From: Candidatus Micrarchaeota archaeon
GTDB lineage: Archaea; Micrarchaeota; Micrarchaeia; Micrarchaeales; CABMGC01
NCBI GenBank assembly: GCA_021797745.1
Contig: JAJZZD010000002.1
Coordinates: 32,156 to 96,155 of the forward strand
Length of the DNA stretch: 64,000 bases
Direction: 5' to 3'
The notes under the pieces are model-generated. The model was given only the letters and a program-made list of their open reading frames with translations. It ran no database searches and was not told the DNA's origin. The first letter of the stretch is position 1; each line of letters opens with the position of its first letter. Made by a program: the position numbers and the translations under genes. Shown piece after piece: positions 20,326 to 28,484 of this stretch.

Positions 20326-21057
20326 TTGCTTAAAGTTAAAAAAACAATCTCGAATGATAAGATGCGGAATAGCAAAGAGTTTCGTGCAAAGCCCATTTCT
20401 GTCGTAATTCCGACCCTTAACGAAGAAGGCAATATAGCAAACGTGATTAGCGGGATAGGAAAAGTGCTGAGAAATTACAAGTACGAGATAATAGTAGTGG
20501 ATGGCCATTCAAAAGACAAGACAGTAATGATTGCAAAGAGGCTTGGAGCAAGGGTAATCTACGACAATCTGGGAAAAGGAAGCGCACTGGTCAGAGGTTT
20601 AAACAAAGCTGGCGGAGACGTCCTTATTTCAATGGACGCCGATATGTCCAACGAACCGAAAGAACTCATAGCGCTCATAACTAACATAGAAAAAGGCTAT
20701 GACATGTGCGCAGGCTCGCGCTTCATGAAAGGCGGCGGCTCAGAAGACATTCCTTTCATAAGGAAAATAGGCAACAAGTTTTTTGTGCATCTAGTAAATG
20801 CGATATTCCGCGCGCAATTCACCGACATGTGCTATGGATACCGGAGCTTCAGCAGAACGGCATTCGGAAAACTGCGATTAAAAGAAAAAGGATTCGGGAT
20901 AGAAACTGAGATAAACATACAGGCCGTGATGGCTGGGCTGAAAATAAAGGAAATACCGAGCTTTGAAAAGAAAAGAGAGTCAGGCCAGGGCAAGCTAAGT
21001 ACTGTAAGAGACGGGTACGTGATACTCAAAACAATAATGAAAAACATGGGAAGATAA
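20326..21057 (+). CDS. GT2 glycosyltransferase (dolichol-phosphate sugar synthase-like)
   Basis: SVVIPTLNEE, VVDGHSKDKT, MDAD, GSRF, TDMCYGYR. Confidence 0.92.
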   Translation: MLKVKKTISNDKMRNSKEFRAKPISVVIPTLNEEGNIANVISGIGKVLRNYKYEIIVVDGHSKDKTVMIAKRLGARVIYDNLGKGSALVRGLNKAGGDVLISMDADMSNEPKELIALITNIEKGYDMCAGSRFMKGGGSEDIPFIRKIGNKFFVHLVNAIFRAQFTDMCYGYRSFSRTAFGKLRLKEKGFGIETEINIQAVMAGLKIKEIPSFEKKRESGQGKLSTVRDGYVILKTIMKNMGR

Positions 21058-21068
21058 TCAAGAGGGCC

Positions 21069-21209
21069 TTATTCGTCTGCATAGACGATGCGCCATACAT
21101 TGTGCCTTTCCGGAACCAATTTCACCGGCCTTTTATCATTCCTTACTGCTTCTTCGCGCATTTTTTCGATGCTTTTCCTGTTCATCACTTCTTCCAGCCA
21201 ATTTCTCAT
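21069..21209 (-). CDS. Small protein (46 aa), not in ORF track
   Basis: Translated by hand: MRNWLEEVMNRKSIEKMREEAVRNDKRPVKLVPERHNVWRIVYADE; ATGA overlap with the stop of 21206-21487. Confidence 0.55.
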   Translation of the reverse strand: MRNWLEEVMNRKSIEKMREEAVRNDKRPVKLVPERHNVWRIVYADE

Positions 21210-21487
21210 GCAATCACCTTTGCATTCTTGAAAGTGTAATGACTTTCACACGCAGAGCAGCAGTTTGAATTTTTTGCATATATTTCCTTCACGAATTTTT
21301 CCGCAACAGCTTCATCGTTTGATTCGGCAACTACGACAAATCCGAAATCGCCGCTTGTTATGTTCACCTCCTTCACTCCGCTTATCATTGAAATCCTCAT
21401 GGCAAAGTCCTTTGCATTCAGTTTTTCCTTCGGTTTGAGAAGGAAAAAGACTCGATGCTTATGTTTGTTGTTTTTCTTGCTGCGCAT
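21206..21487 (-). CDS. Stand-alone Lrp/AsnC ligand-binding (RAM)-like domain protein
   Basis: FFLLKP...FA..I..ISGVKEVNITSGDFGFVVVA matches the AsnC C-terminal domain pattern; no HTH. Confidence 0.7.
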   Translation of the reverse strand: MRSKKNNKHKHRVFFLLKPKEKLNAKDFAMRISMISGVKEVNITSGDFGFVVVAESNDEAVAEKFVKEIYAKNSNCCSACESHYTFKNAKVIA

Positions 21488-21678
21488 CAGACCACATCGG
21501 ATCTATCAAAACTGCAATCACTAAACTGGCGCACAGGGTGGGTGTGGGGACAGAATAACCGCTGTGCGCCAGATAAGCAGGAAGTGGGTGGGATGGTGGG
21601 AACTGGAAAATTTGGTAATCTTATGCAAAAGGAGTGAGGGAAACGAATAACGTGTATTTCGTTTTTCAAACCGTTCAT
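21487..21678 (-). CDS. Possible 63-aa leader ORF or structured leader RNA
   Basis: GGTGGGA SD-like element upstream, TTTTAAATA box at ~21715-21723, TGATG coupling to the next gene; atypical Pro/Cys-rich composition. Confidence 0.4.
   Translation of the reverse strand: MNGLKNEIHVIRFPHSFCIRLPNFPVPTIPPTSCLSGAQRLFCPHTHPVRQFSDCSFDRSDVV
21526..21572. repeat. Perfect 11-bp inverted repeat (CTGGCGCACAG...CTGTGCGCCAG) with 25-nt G-rich loop
   Basis: Read directly from sequence. Confidence 0.85.
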
Positions 21679-21927
21679 CTTCCCACCATCTAAATGTATT
21701 ATGACTTTTGTTTTATTTAAAAAGGAGAGGAAATAACAGTCAGGAAAAGATCGACTGTCTGAAAAATTATGATTTATTTCTGCATAAAGCTGTAAAGTCA
21801 GAAGTTTAACCCGTTGCGTTTACCCTCCGCGTAAATAACGTGTTTGACGAGAGAAAACGATGTCTATTTTCATGACAATGCTTAAATAGGCAAAAATTCA
21901 CAATATATGTTGTAAGGTGGGAATACG

Positions 21928-23364
21928 GTGGATTTGCCTGCGGGGATATCGAATAAACTGCATGAGCTGAAAGGCCAATACGACCACTACATCGAGGTCA
22001 AGAAAATACACAACAGCTACTGCGTGTTCCAGTCCATTACCAAATACGACAGGAAAAAGAAGAAGTCGAAGAAGGTGACCCATTATCTCGGCACGATACA
22101 CGAAAGCGGCGAATTTGTTCCTGCAGTTCACAGGTCGAAGTTCGAGAATGTGGAGAACGGCAGCGGAAATGAAACCGCAGAAGAAGGTACCGTTAAAATA
22201 AAAGACAACGCCGAAGAGAGAGAACTTGATAACAAGATACTCACAGCATTGAGCATGAACGCAAGAATCGAGATGCCAAATCTTGGCAAACTTGTCGGCG
22301 TGAGTGAAGGCACGGCGAGGAACAGGGTCGAGAAACTAAAGAAGAAGTACGGTATTTCTTCTACTGCATTCATTGATAGGTCAAAACTTGGCTATTTTAC
22401 CTTTATCTCATTAATAAAATTTAAAGACAGCGTCCCGAATCTAGGCGGATTAAAGGAGGCATTGGAAAATGAACCGAGAATTCTGCTTGCCATGTTCACA
22501 AAAGGTGACTATGACTTGATGCTACTTTTTATTGCCGAAGATAATAACGCAGTATCTGATTTTACCTGGCATTTAAGGAAGGATACTGTCCTTGCGAAAT
22601 ACAACATGAAATTCTACACATCGTCATTTTTCAAGCAGTACGGCAATATACCGATACGACAAAAAACGTTTGAACTTCTGAGTGATAAGGCATGGCATAG
22701 AACAAAGGAAAATCCAAGGCCGTTGCCAGGAGAATTAACACAAAGAGAAGTGAATGTGCTGAAAGAGCTTGCTTATGATGGTTTTGCAAAATTCATAGAT
22801 ATAGATAGAAAATATGGGTACGAACCTGGCGCGGCATACCACACATACACAAAGTTAAGAGAAAGAAACGTGATACGGAGGATGACTATAACCATACGTA
22901 ATTTGCCGATAAAATACTGCTCTGTACTGTTAATGGAAGACTCAAATGGAGTGGAAATGCTAGAAACTAGGGCAAATCTTCTTAAAGAGATAATAGACGA
23001 GACAGAGCATGAAATTAATAAGTATGCACTTGTAGGAGAGGTAGAACTGCCTAAAGGCTTTATTTTCATAATGCCCATCTTCGATGAAAATGAACTCATG
23101 CATACACAAGAAGAACTTCAGATAAAAATAAAAGGCAGAGAGATAAAAAGCCTAATTGCAACAAATATATTTGTTGGAACTCTCTGCTATGAAAGATATG
23201 ACAATACTGATATTTTATGTAGCCAGTATCAGATATTGGCAAATGAGTATAAGGAAGTGCCCTGGATAGAGCCCAAAAACTACTTTGATAAGTTTGCCTT
23301 TAAGAAAACTGAAAAATTTGACCTTATTAAGCCACCAAAACCTGTGAAGCACATAATTAACTGA
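21928..23364 (+). CDS. Large tandem Lrp/AsnC-family regulator with extra N-terminal domain
   Basis: LDNKILTALSMNAR..MPNLGKLVGVSEGTARNRVEKL (HTH), GDYDLML (RAM domain), second HTH LTQREVNVLKEL..DG...F..I, second RAM-like domain; GGTGG SD. Confidence 0.82.
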   Translation: MDLPAGISNKLHELKGQYDHYIEVKKIHNSYCVFQSITKYDRKKKKSKKVTHYLGTIHESGEFVPAVHRSKFENVENGSGNETAEEGTVKIKDNAEERELDNKILTALSMNARIEMPNLGKLVGVSEGTARNRVEKLKKKYGISSTAFIDRSKLGYFTFISLIKFKDSVPNLGGLKEALENEPRILLAMFTKGDYDLMLLFIAEDNNAVSDFTWHLRKDTVLAKYNMKFYTSSFFKQYGNIPIRQKTFELLSDKAWHRTKENPRPLPGELTQREVNVLKELAYDGFAKFIDIDRKYGYEPGAAYHTYTKLRERNVIRRMTITIRNLPIKYCSVLLMEDSNGVEMLETRANLLKEIIDETEHEINKYALVGEVELPKGFIFIMPIFDENELMHTQEELQIKIKGREIKSLIATNIFVGTLCYERYDNTDILCSQYQILANEYKEVPWIEPKNYFDKFAFKKTEKFDLIKPPKPVKHIIN

Positions 23365-23388
23365 TGCTATCGCTAACCTAAAACAAGA

Positions 23389-23421
23389 TTAGCCGTTCCC
23401 ATTTCCTCCTTCTCCTACCAT
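23389..23421 (-). CDS. Putative micropeptide MVGEGGNGNG (or small RNA)
   Basis: TTGGTAATCTT-ATG...GGC TAA; TTTAAA box ~31 bp upstream of the ATG; paralog at 23957-23998. Confidence 0.5.
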   Translation of the reverse strand: MVGEGGNGNG

Positions 23422-23449
23422 AAGATTACCAATGATATTTCAACGTAAC

Positions 23450-23508
23450 AGTTTAAAAAGGTATTGAAGACGCTTTTGTTGTAGAATAAACACTGCATTA
23501 TGCCTCAT
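23450..23508 (-). promoter_or_regulatory. Promoter-like 59-bp repeat, copy A
   Basis: Ungapped 44/59 match to 24587-24645, including identical CTGCATTATGCCTCAT and AGTTTAAAA. Confidence 0.65.
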
Positions 23509-23938
23509 GATTGTTGAAACGCATATCAATCTTCTTCGGGAGATAATAAGCGATACAGAGCAGGGAATCAACAAATACGCGCTTGTCGGTGATATTGAAG
23601 TTCCGAAAAGGGTCATTTTCTTCATGCCTGTATTCGATGAAAACGAGCTTGCACAAACACAAGAAGAAATGCAAAGAAAGCTAAAGGGCAGAGAAATAAG
23701 AAGCTTGATAGCTACAAATGTAATTGTAGGGGACTTTTGCTATAAAAGATTCGACAATACGGATATTTCTTGCAGTCAGTATCAGATACTGGCAAATGAG
23801 TACAAGATAGTTCCATGGGTGGAACCAAAAAGTTATTTTGACAAATTCGATGCATTAATGCATAAAAGCTCAGAACCGATAGAATTACCTAAATTAAACA
23901 TAAAGAGTAAATTAAATTACAAAATTAGCGAGATTTGA
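23507..23938 (+). CDS. Orphan paralog of the C-terminal domain of the 21928-23364 regulator
   Basis: About 70% aa identity by eye over ~113 aa, no indels or stops, many synonymous changes. Confidence 0.75.
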   Translation: MIVETHINLLREIISDTEQGINKYALVGDIEVPKRVIFFMPVFDENELAQTQEEMQRKLKGREIRSLIATNVIVGDFCYKRFDNTDISCSQYQILANEYKIVPWVEPKSYFDKFDALMHKSSEPIELPKLNIKSKLNYKISEI

Positions 23939-23956
23939 ACACTTTGCTCTGACGTT

Positions 23957-23998
23957 TTAGCCTCCGGAGGCGCCGCCTGCTTCTCCTTCTCCTAGCAT
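23957..23998 (-). CDS. Putative micropeptide MLGEGEAGGASGG (or small RNA)
   Basis: Same TTGGTAATCTT-ATG leader and GGC TAA end as 23389-23421; TTTAAAA box ~32 bp upstream. Confidence 0.5.
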   Translation of the reverse strand: MLGEGEAGGASGG

Positions 23999-24068
23999 AA
24001 GATTACCAATTATACATGGAAAAGTAGGCTTTTAAACCTTGCCTTACCCCTCGGCAACCGTTATTTTT

Positions 24069-24560
24069 TTACCTGTTTAAAGGTTTTTCCCAGACATAAA
24101 CACGTCGCATCCTGATTTTTCTTCTTAGCATTCTTATACGCTTATATCCGAGTTTTTTGAACATATCGTTTGATATGACATTACCTACCCTTACTCTGCA
24201 CTGTATCTTGTCCCAGCGCCTGGCTGGCTCGATTTCGAAGCTTCTAACAAGCAGTGTCCCGATTCCTTTGTGCCTATAGCTTTTTTTTACGGCAATCCAT
24301 GTGATCCAGCACACGCTGGGTATGGACGGATAAAGATCTGCTACAGCAATGCCGGCCATCGTGCCGCCGACCGTCGCTATCCTAAAGATAGACCCGCCGC
24401 GTCTCATCAAACGTTCTATATTTTCTGGAGAGTAGTCCTCTTTGTTTCTGAGTATATCACGCGGCGTATAATATGCCGCTAATCCTTTTATGACATTTAG
24501 CAGTAGCGAAGAGGCCGCCTTGACCTCAGATTGCTTAAGTTCTCTTATTGCTACTTTCAC
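24069..24560 (-). CDS. GNAT family N-acetyltransferase
   Basis: WIAVKKSYRHKGIGTLL acetyl-CoA motif, N..S..MFKKLGY; start placed at GTG 24560. Confidence 0.88.
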   Translation of the reverse strand: MKVAIRELKQSEVKAASSLLLNVIKGLAAYYTPRDILRNKEDYSPENIERLMRRGGSIFRIATVGGTMAGIAVADLYPSIPSVCWITWIAVKKSYRHKGIGTLLVRSFEIEPARRWDKIQCRVRVGNVISNDMFKKLGYKRIRMLRRKIRMRRVYVWEKPLNR

Positions 24561-24586
24561 GCAATCAATACCTACTTCGCCATAAA

Positions 24587-24645
24587 AGTTTAAAAGTGTA
24601 GCAAGTAAGATTTTGCAGTATACTAAGCGCTGCATTATGCCTCAT
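24587..24645 (-). promoter_or_regulatory. Promoter-like 59-bp repeat, copy B, upstream of the GNAT gene
   Basis: See copy A; TATA-like box ~29 bp upstream of the GTG. Confidence 0.65.
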
Positions 24646-24736
24646 TTTTCAGCCAGAGCCAAAGGCAGACTGATAGGCGGATATTTCTGTATTTGAAACT
24701 AGAACTGAGAAAAATACACAAGGCATTGCTGCTGAA

Positions 24737-25951
24737 TCAGTCGACGAACAGCTTCGCGAAGACCTTTGCGTCAGTCAGCATGTCATCGATATGCGCGTAT
24801 TCATTCGGGCTGTGGGCAACCTCCTCTATCTTTGCCCACACAACTGCTGGCCAGCCCTTGTACCTGAAAAATGCAGCAACTGTGCCCCCGCCTATTCCCA
24901 CAAATTTTGCCTTTGTTCCATTTACCGATAAAATGGATTTTTTAAGCAGCTTTGAAATTTCTGATTTTGGACTTGTAGGTTTGGCTGAATCTGCCCTGTT
25001 AAAAACGTCTATACTTATTTTAACGCCTTTGAAATCCTTTCCTTTCGCAATCCTTTGTACATCGGAAAGCACGCTGTCGAGGCTATATTCGGGCAACACC
25101 CTGCAGTCTATGTAAAATACCTCAGTACCTGGAATTATGTTGACACTGTCGACGTTTTTCTCATGCTTGGTCATTTCAAATGTAGAACCTGGCGCAATCT
25201 TGAACAACTTATTTCTCTTAGTATATTTCTTGTGCAGGTAAGCGTCTACTTTTTCGAGGAACTTTACAGAATACCTGAAGGCATTCTTCCCCATATGCGG
25301 TATGCTTGCATGCACCTGTTTTCCGTGAACTGTTATTTTCAGCCAAAGCGCGCCTTTTTCTGCTATTTCTATTTCGTCTCCTTTTGAATTTCCAGAGTCT
25401 GGCACAAGGTACATATCATTCTGCTTGAATATGCTTTCCTTAATAAGTTTCTTTACCCCGTATTCGCTTCCGAGTTCTTCGTCAGCAACAAGCGCGATAC
25501 CGTAATTGTATTTTATATTGGCTCTTGCTTCCTTTAGCGCCTTAAGCGCGAACATTGCAGAGATTACGTCCTGCCCGTTGTCGCTCGTGCCCCTGCCATA
25601 TACCTTTCCTCCAATTACCTTGGCTTGGTATGGATTGGTCTTCCACAACTTTATGTCTCCTTCAGAAACGGTATCTATGTGCGGCATTATCCACAATGTT
25701 CTTTTTTTATCACCGAAAACTCCGATTACGTTTGAACGGTCCGTTTTTGTAGAATCTTTGTAAGAGTATATTTTAGTGTGCAGACCCCAGCCTTCAAGTA
25801 CCTTCTTCAGGAATTCGGCGCGCTTCTTTTCCCCCGTACCACCACTTAGCGGAGAAACTGATTTTATGGCTATCATTTTTGACATGGTATTTATCATTTC
25901 TGGCTTGTAACCGTCTATTTTCTTAATTATTCGACTAAACTCTTTTCCCAT
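24737..25951 (-). CDS. M20 family metallohydrolase (DapE/ArgE-like)
   Basis: HIDTV, YGRGTSDNG, DEE.GS, AEKG..W, GKQVHAS.P, GGGT, AHSPNEY. Confidence 0.93.
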   Translation of the reverse strand: MGKEFSRIIKKIDGYKPEMINTMSKMIAIKSVSPLSGGTGEKKRAEFLKKVLEGWGLHTKIYSYKDSTKTDRSNVIGVFGDKKRTLWIMPHIDTVSEGDIKLWKTNPYQAKVIGGKVYGRGTSDNGQDVISAMFALKALKEARANIKYNYGIALVADEELGSEYGVKKLIKESIFKQNDMYLVPDSGNSKGDEIEIAEKGALWLKITVHGKQVHASIPHMGKNAFRYSVKFLEKVDAYLHKKYTKRNKLFKIAPGSTFEMTKHEKNVDSVNIIPGTEVFYIDCRVLPEYSLDSVLSDVQRIAKGKDFKGVKISIDVFNRADSAKPTSPKSEISKLLKKSILSVNGTKAKFVGIGGGTVAAFFRYKGWPAVVWAKIEEVAHSPNEYAHIDDMLTDAKVFAKLFVD

Positions 25952-26050
25952 GCAGGTACATTCAAAATAAGACTTTTAATCATTTGCCTGTCTTGCCGAA
26001 ATTTCAAGCCAAAATTTAAATAGGGCCTATGCTGAAATTATTTGAAAGGC

Positions 26051-26755
26051 ATGACAAAACTTAGCGCTGATACTTCAATATTTCAAAGGACGTATTATGA
26101 TAAGCAGGATAATGATTCAGTAGGCGTAAAATCCCTTCACGTTTTGCTGCGGGAATTTTACAAAAGGGAAAAATTAAACAGCAAGGGGACTCTGATCATC
26201 GGAGCAAATGATGGATCTGAGACTGAAAACACTTTTGATGGTACGCTGCTGGATATTAATTTTGAAGCATGCCAGAAAGCAGCTGCTATCAGGCCGCTTG
26301 CGCGCGTAAAATGCGCAAATGCCATCGAACTGCCTTTCAAAGATAACGAATTTGATTATTCAGTTTTGTCATTGGTCCTATCGCAGATAAATTCAGAAGA
26401 GCCCGCGTGTGTCACAGAAGCGTATGCGGAGGCGCTGCGCGTTTCTAAATACGCGGTTTGGATAGTAGATACTACTGAACGCATCACAATAAGCAGCTAC
26501 GAAGACAAAAATAAAGACACCAAAGAAACAGAAAAATATTTTTCGCCAATATATCTCGACCCAGTAAACATAAGGAAAATAGGCGGTTCTTTCGAATGGG
26601 AAAAGGTAGCACCTATTTTGCAGACAAGCTTTCCTGGCAATTGCGGAATCACAAGGGATCCTACCGGAATAAGTTATACTGTAGAGATATTCGCGGTCAT
26701 GAAAGATAGCAAGGCTATCTCGCGCTCACAATCTTTATCACGTCGTTGTCCTTAA
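26051..26755 (+). CDS. Class I SAM-dependent methyltransferase-like protein (divergent)
   Basis: LIIGANDG, LDIN, ANAIELPFKDNEFD, EALRVSK. Confidence 0.55.
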   Translation: MTKLSADTSIFQRTYYDKQDNDSVGVKSLHVLLREFYKREKLNSKGTLIIGANDGSETENTFDGTLLDINFEACQKAAAIRPLARVKCANAIELPFKDNEFDYSVLSLVLSQINSEEPACVTEAYAEALRVSKYAVWIVDTTERITISSYEDKNKDTKETEKYFSPIYLDPVNIRKIGGSFEWEKVAPILQTSFPGNCGITRDPTGISYTVEIFAVMKDSKAISRSQSLSRRCP

Positions 26756-27881
26756 GCACGTAGTCCTTTCCTATCCTTGTCTTCCTCTTTGCGTCGATTG
26801 CATAGAGCATGCCTTTTGCAAGTTCTGTATGTATCTTTGCAGCAAGGTCCTGCGCGTTCGACCCGATCTGCAAAAGTATGGCATCTGGCAAAACGTTTCC
26901 GTTATGGTCAGTATACTTGTTTTCATCCTCTACAGGATACACGACCATGTTTTTCAAGAGGTCGAATGTAGCAGCATTGATGAGCTCCTGAATGCCCGTA
27001 GTTTTATGCACATTAAGATAGCCTGAAATATAATCAAGGGCTTTTTTCTGACCGCCCGATACCTCTTTTTTTATCTCGAACGAGGAAGAGCCTGGCACAT
27101 AATCGATTATGCCGCTCTTAGCCGCTTTTACCAGCGTAAGTTCTATCGCGCCCGAACACCCTATCACGATATTGTCCTTGAGCCTTGATTTCAGCGCCTC
27201 CAACGCGCCATCTTTTGCGGCATCCTGCTTGTTCGCAGCCACTATTATGGGCTTGTTTATTTTTATGAGGCTGTCGGCGAACGCGTATATGTCTTCCTTC
27301 TTCCATTTTATCTCAGATGTCCTAAGATAGCTCATGTCTGCAGCTTTGCGTATCTGCTCGAGCGAAATGTTAAAGCCTGCAAGTATTTCCTTCAAAGCCG
27401 CATCGCCATCCGGCCTTCTGTAAATGTTTGCCATGTGCTTTTCGAGTATGCTGCCTAGCCAATTGGCAATCTCTTTTTTTACCATTAACACCTCGTCGGC
27501 GGGGTCTGAATGCTCGCAGTGGTTCCCTTGCATGTCTGTCTTGCTGGTCAAATCCACCACCTGTATGAGAGCGTCTGCCTGCATGAGGTCGTTCAGGAAC
27601 TGGTTGCCCATGCCTTTTCCAGAGCTTGCATCCGGCACGAGCCCGGCAACGTCGACTATGTTTATGGGCATTCTTCTTATTCCATTAATGCACATCGAGT
27701 TCCTGGGATTGCACTTGACATTCAATTCCTGGTCTACGCAGGGTTTGTTTGCATACGCGACTCCGAAATTCGGCTTTATTGTCGTGAACGGGTAGTCGGC
27801 TATGTCCACATCTGTTTTCGTGACAGCAGAGAAAATCGTGGACTTGCCCTTGTTGGGCGCCCCTACCAATCCTATTATCAT
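26715..27881 (-). CDS. ychF: YchF/Obg-family ATPase (archaeal type)
   Basis: GAPNKGKST, YPFTTIKPN, DVAGLV, GMGNQFLNDL, ANKQD, C-terminal TGS domain. Confidence 0.93.
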   Translation of the reverse strand: MIIGLVGAPNKGKSTIFSAVTKTDVDIADYPFTTIKPNFGVAYANKPCVDQELNVKCNPRNSMCINGIRRMPINIVDVAGLVPDASSGKGMGNQFLNDLMQADALIQVVDLTSKTDMQGNHCEHSDPADEVLMVKKEIANWLGSILEKHMANIYRRPDGDAALKEILAGFNISLEQIRKAADMSYLRTSEIKWKKEDIYAFADSLIKINKPIIVAANKQDAAKDGALEALKSRLKDNIVIGCSGAIELTLVKAAKSGIIDYVPGSSSFEIKKEVSGGQKKALDYISGYLNVHKTTGIQELINAATFDLLKNMVVYPVEDENKYTDHNGNVLPDAILLQIGSNAQDLAAKIHTELAKGMLYAIDAKRKTRIGKDYVLKDNDVIKIVSAR

Positions 27882-27973
27882 TAACGCACCTGCAGGTCAG
27901 TTTTAGGAAGCAATTAATAAAAATATGAGAGTAAGAAACAATACTGCATGGTGCCAAGCCTATGCGGCATAAA

Positions 27974-28059
27974 GCAGGGGTGACAGAGTTTGGCCAAATG
28001 TGACAGGTTCAGGGCCTGTTCTCTTTGTGAGTGCGTGAGTTCAAATCTCACCCCCTGCA
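27974..28059 (+). tRNA. tRNA-Leu(CAG)
   Basis: GCAGGGG/CCCCTGC acceptor, ACAGG-TTCAGGG-CCTGT anticodon arm, long variable arm, GTTCAAATC T-loop, discriminator A. Confidence 0.92.
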
Positions 28060-28140
28060 CATTATATTTACTTTTCAACATTCATTCTTTTGAAATGTGA
28101 AGCACTTAATGTATTTAATAATTAACTGACTAATTTCGCT

Positions 28141-28484
28141 ATGGAATTACTGAATGATGCAGACATCGTAGAAATTAATAAAAAGGTTGGCGAAAAGGGA
28201 GTGGTATTGAATAAAGCCAACCTCGAATTTGTTGTATATGCTTTAAGCAAAAATGCCCCGCTTGAGAAAAAGGCCGGCGATTGCTATACAATATCATAAG
28301 TTCGCATATTTTTCTGGATGGAAATAAGAGAACTGCTTTTGTTTGTGTAGCCACATTTCTTGAAATAAACGGCAAAAAATTCAATCTAAAAGATGACGAC
28401 GTTCTCAATCTTGTGTATGGCGTAGCTAACGGCAAGTATAATATATCTGAAATTGAAGATATTATAAAGGGTCACGTAAAATGA
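28141..28484 (+). pseudogene. Fic/Doc (death-on-curing) toxin, frameshifted near 28275-28281
   Basis: ATG 28141 frame gives MELLNDADIVEINKKV...LEKKAG then stops; HIFLDGNKRTA Fic motif lies in another frame. Confidence 0.8.

Noticed and set aside
22950-23938. Diversity-generating retroelement (VR/TR pair)
   Set aside because: Differences between the two copies involve all bases and are often synonymous rather than adenine-specific, and no reverse transcriptase is in the window
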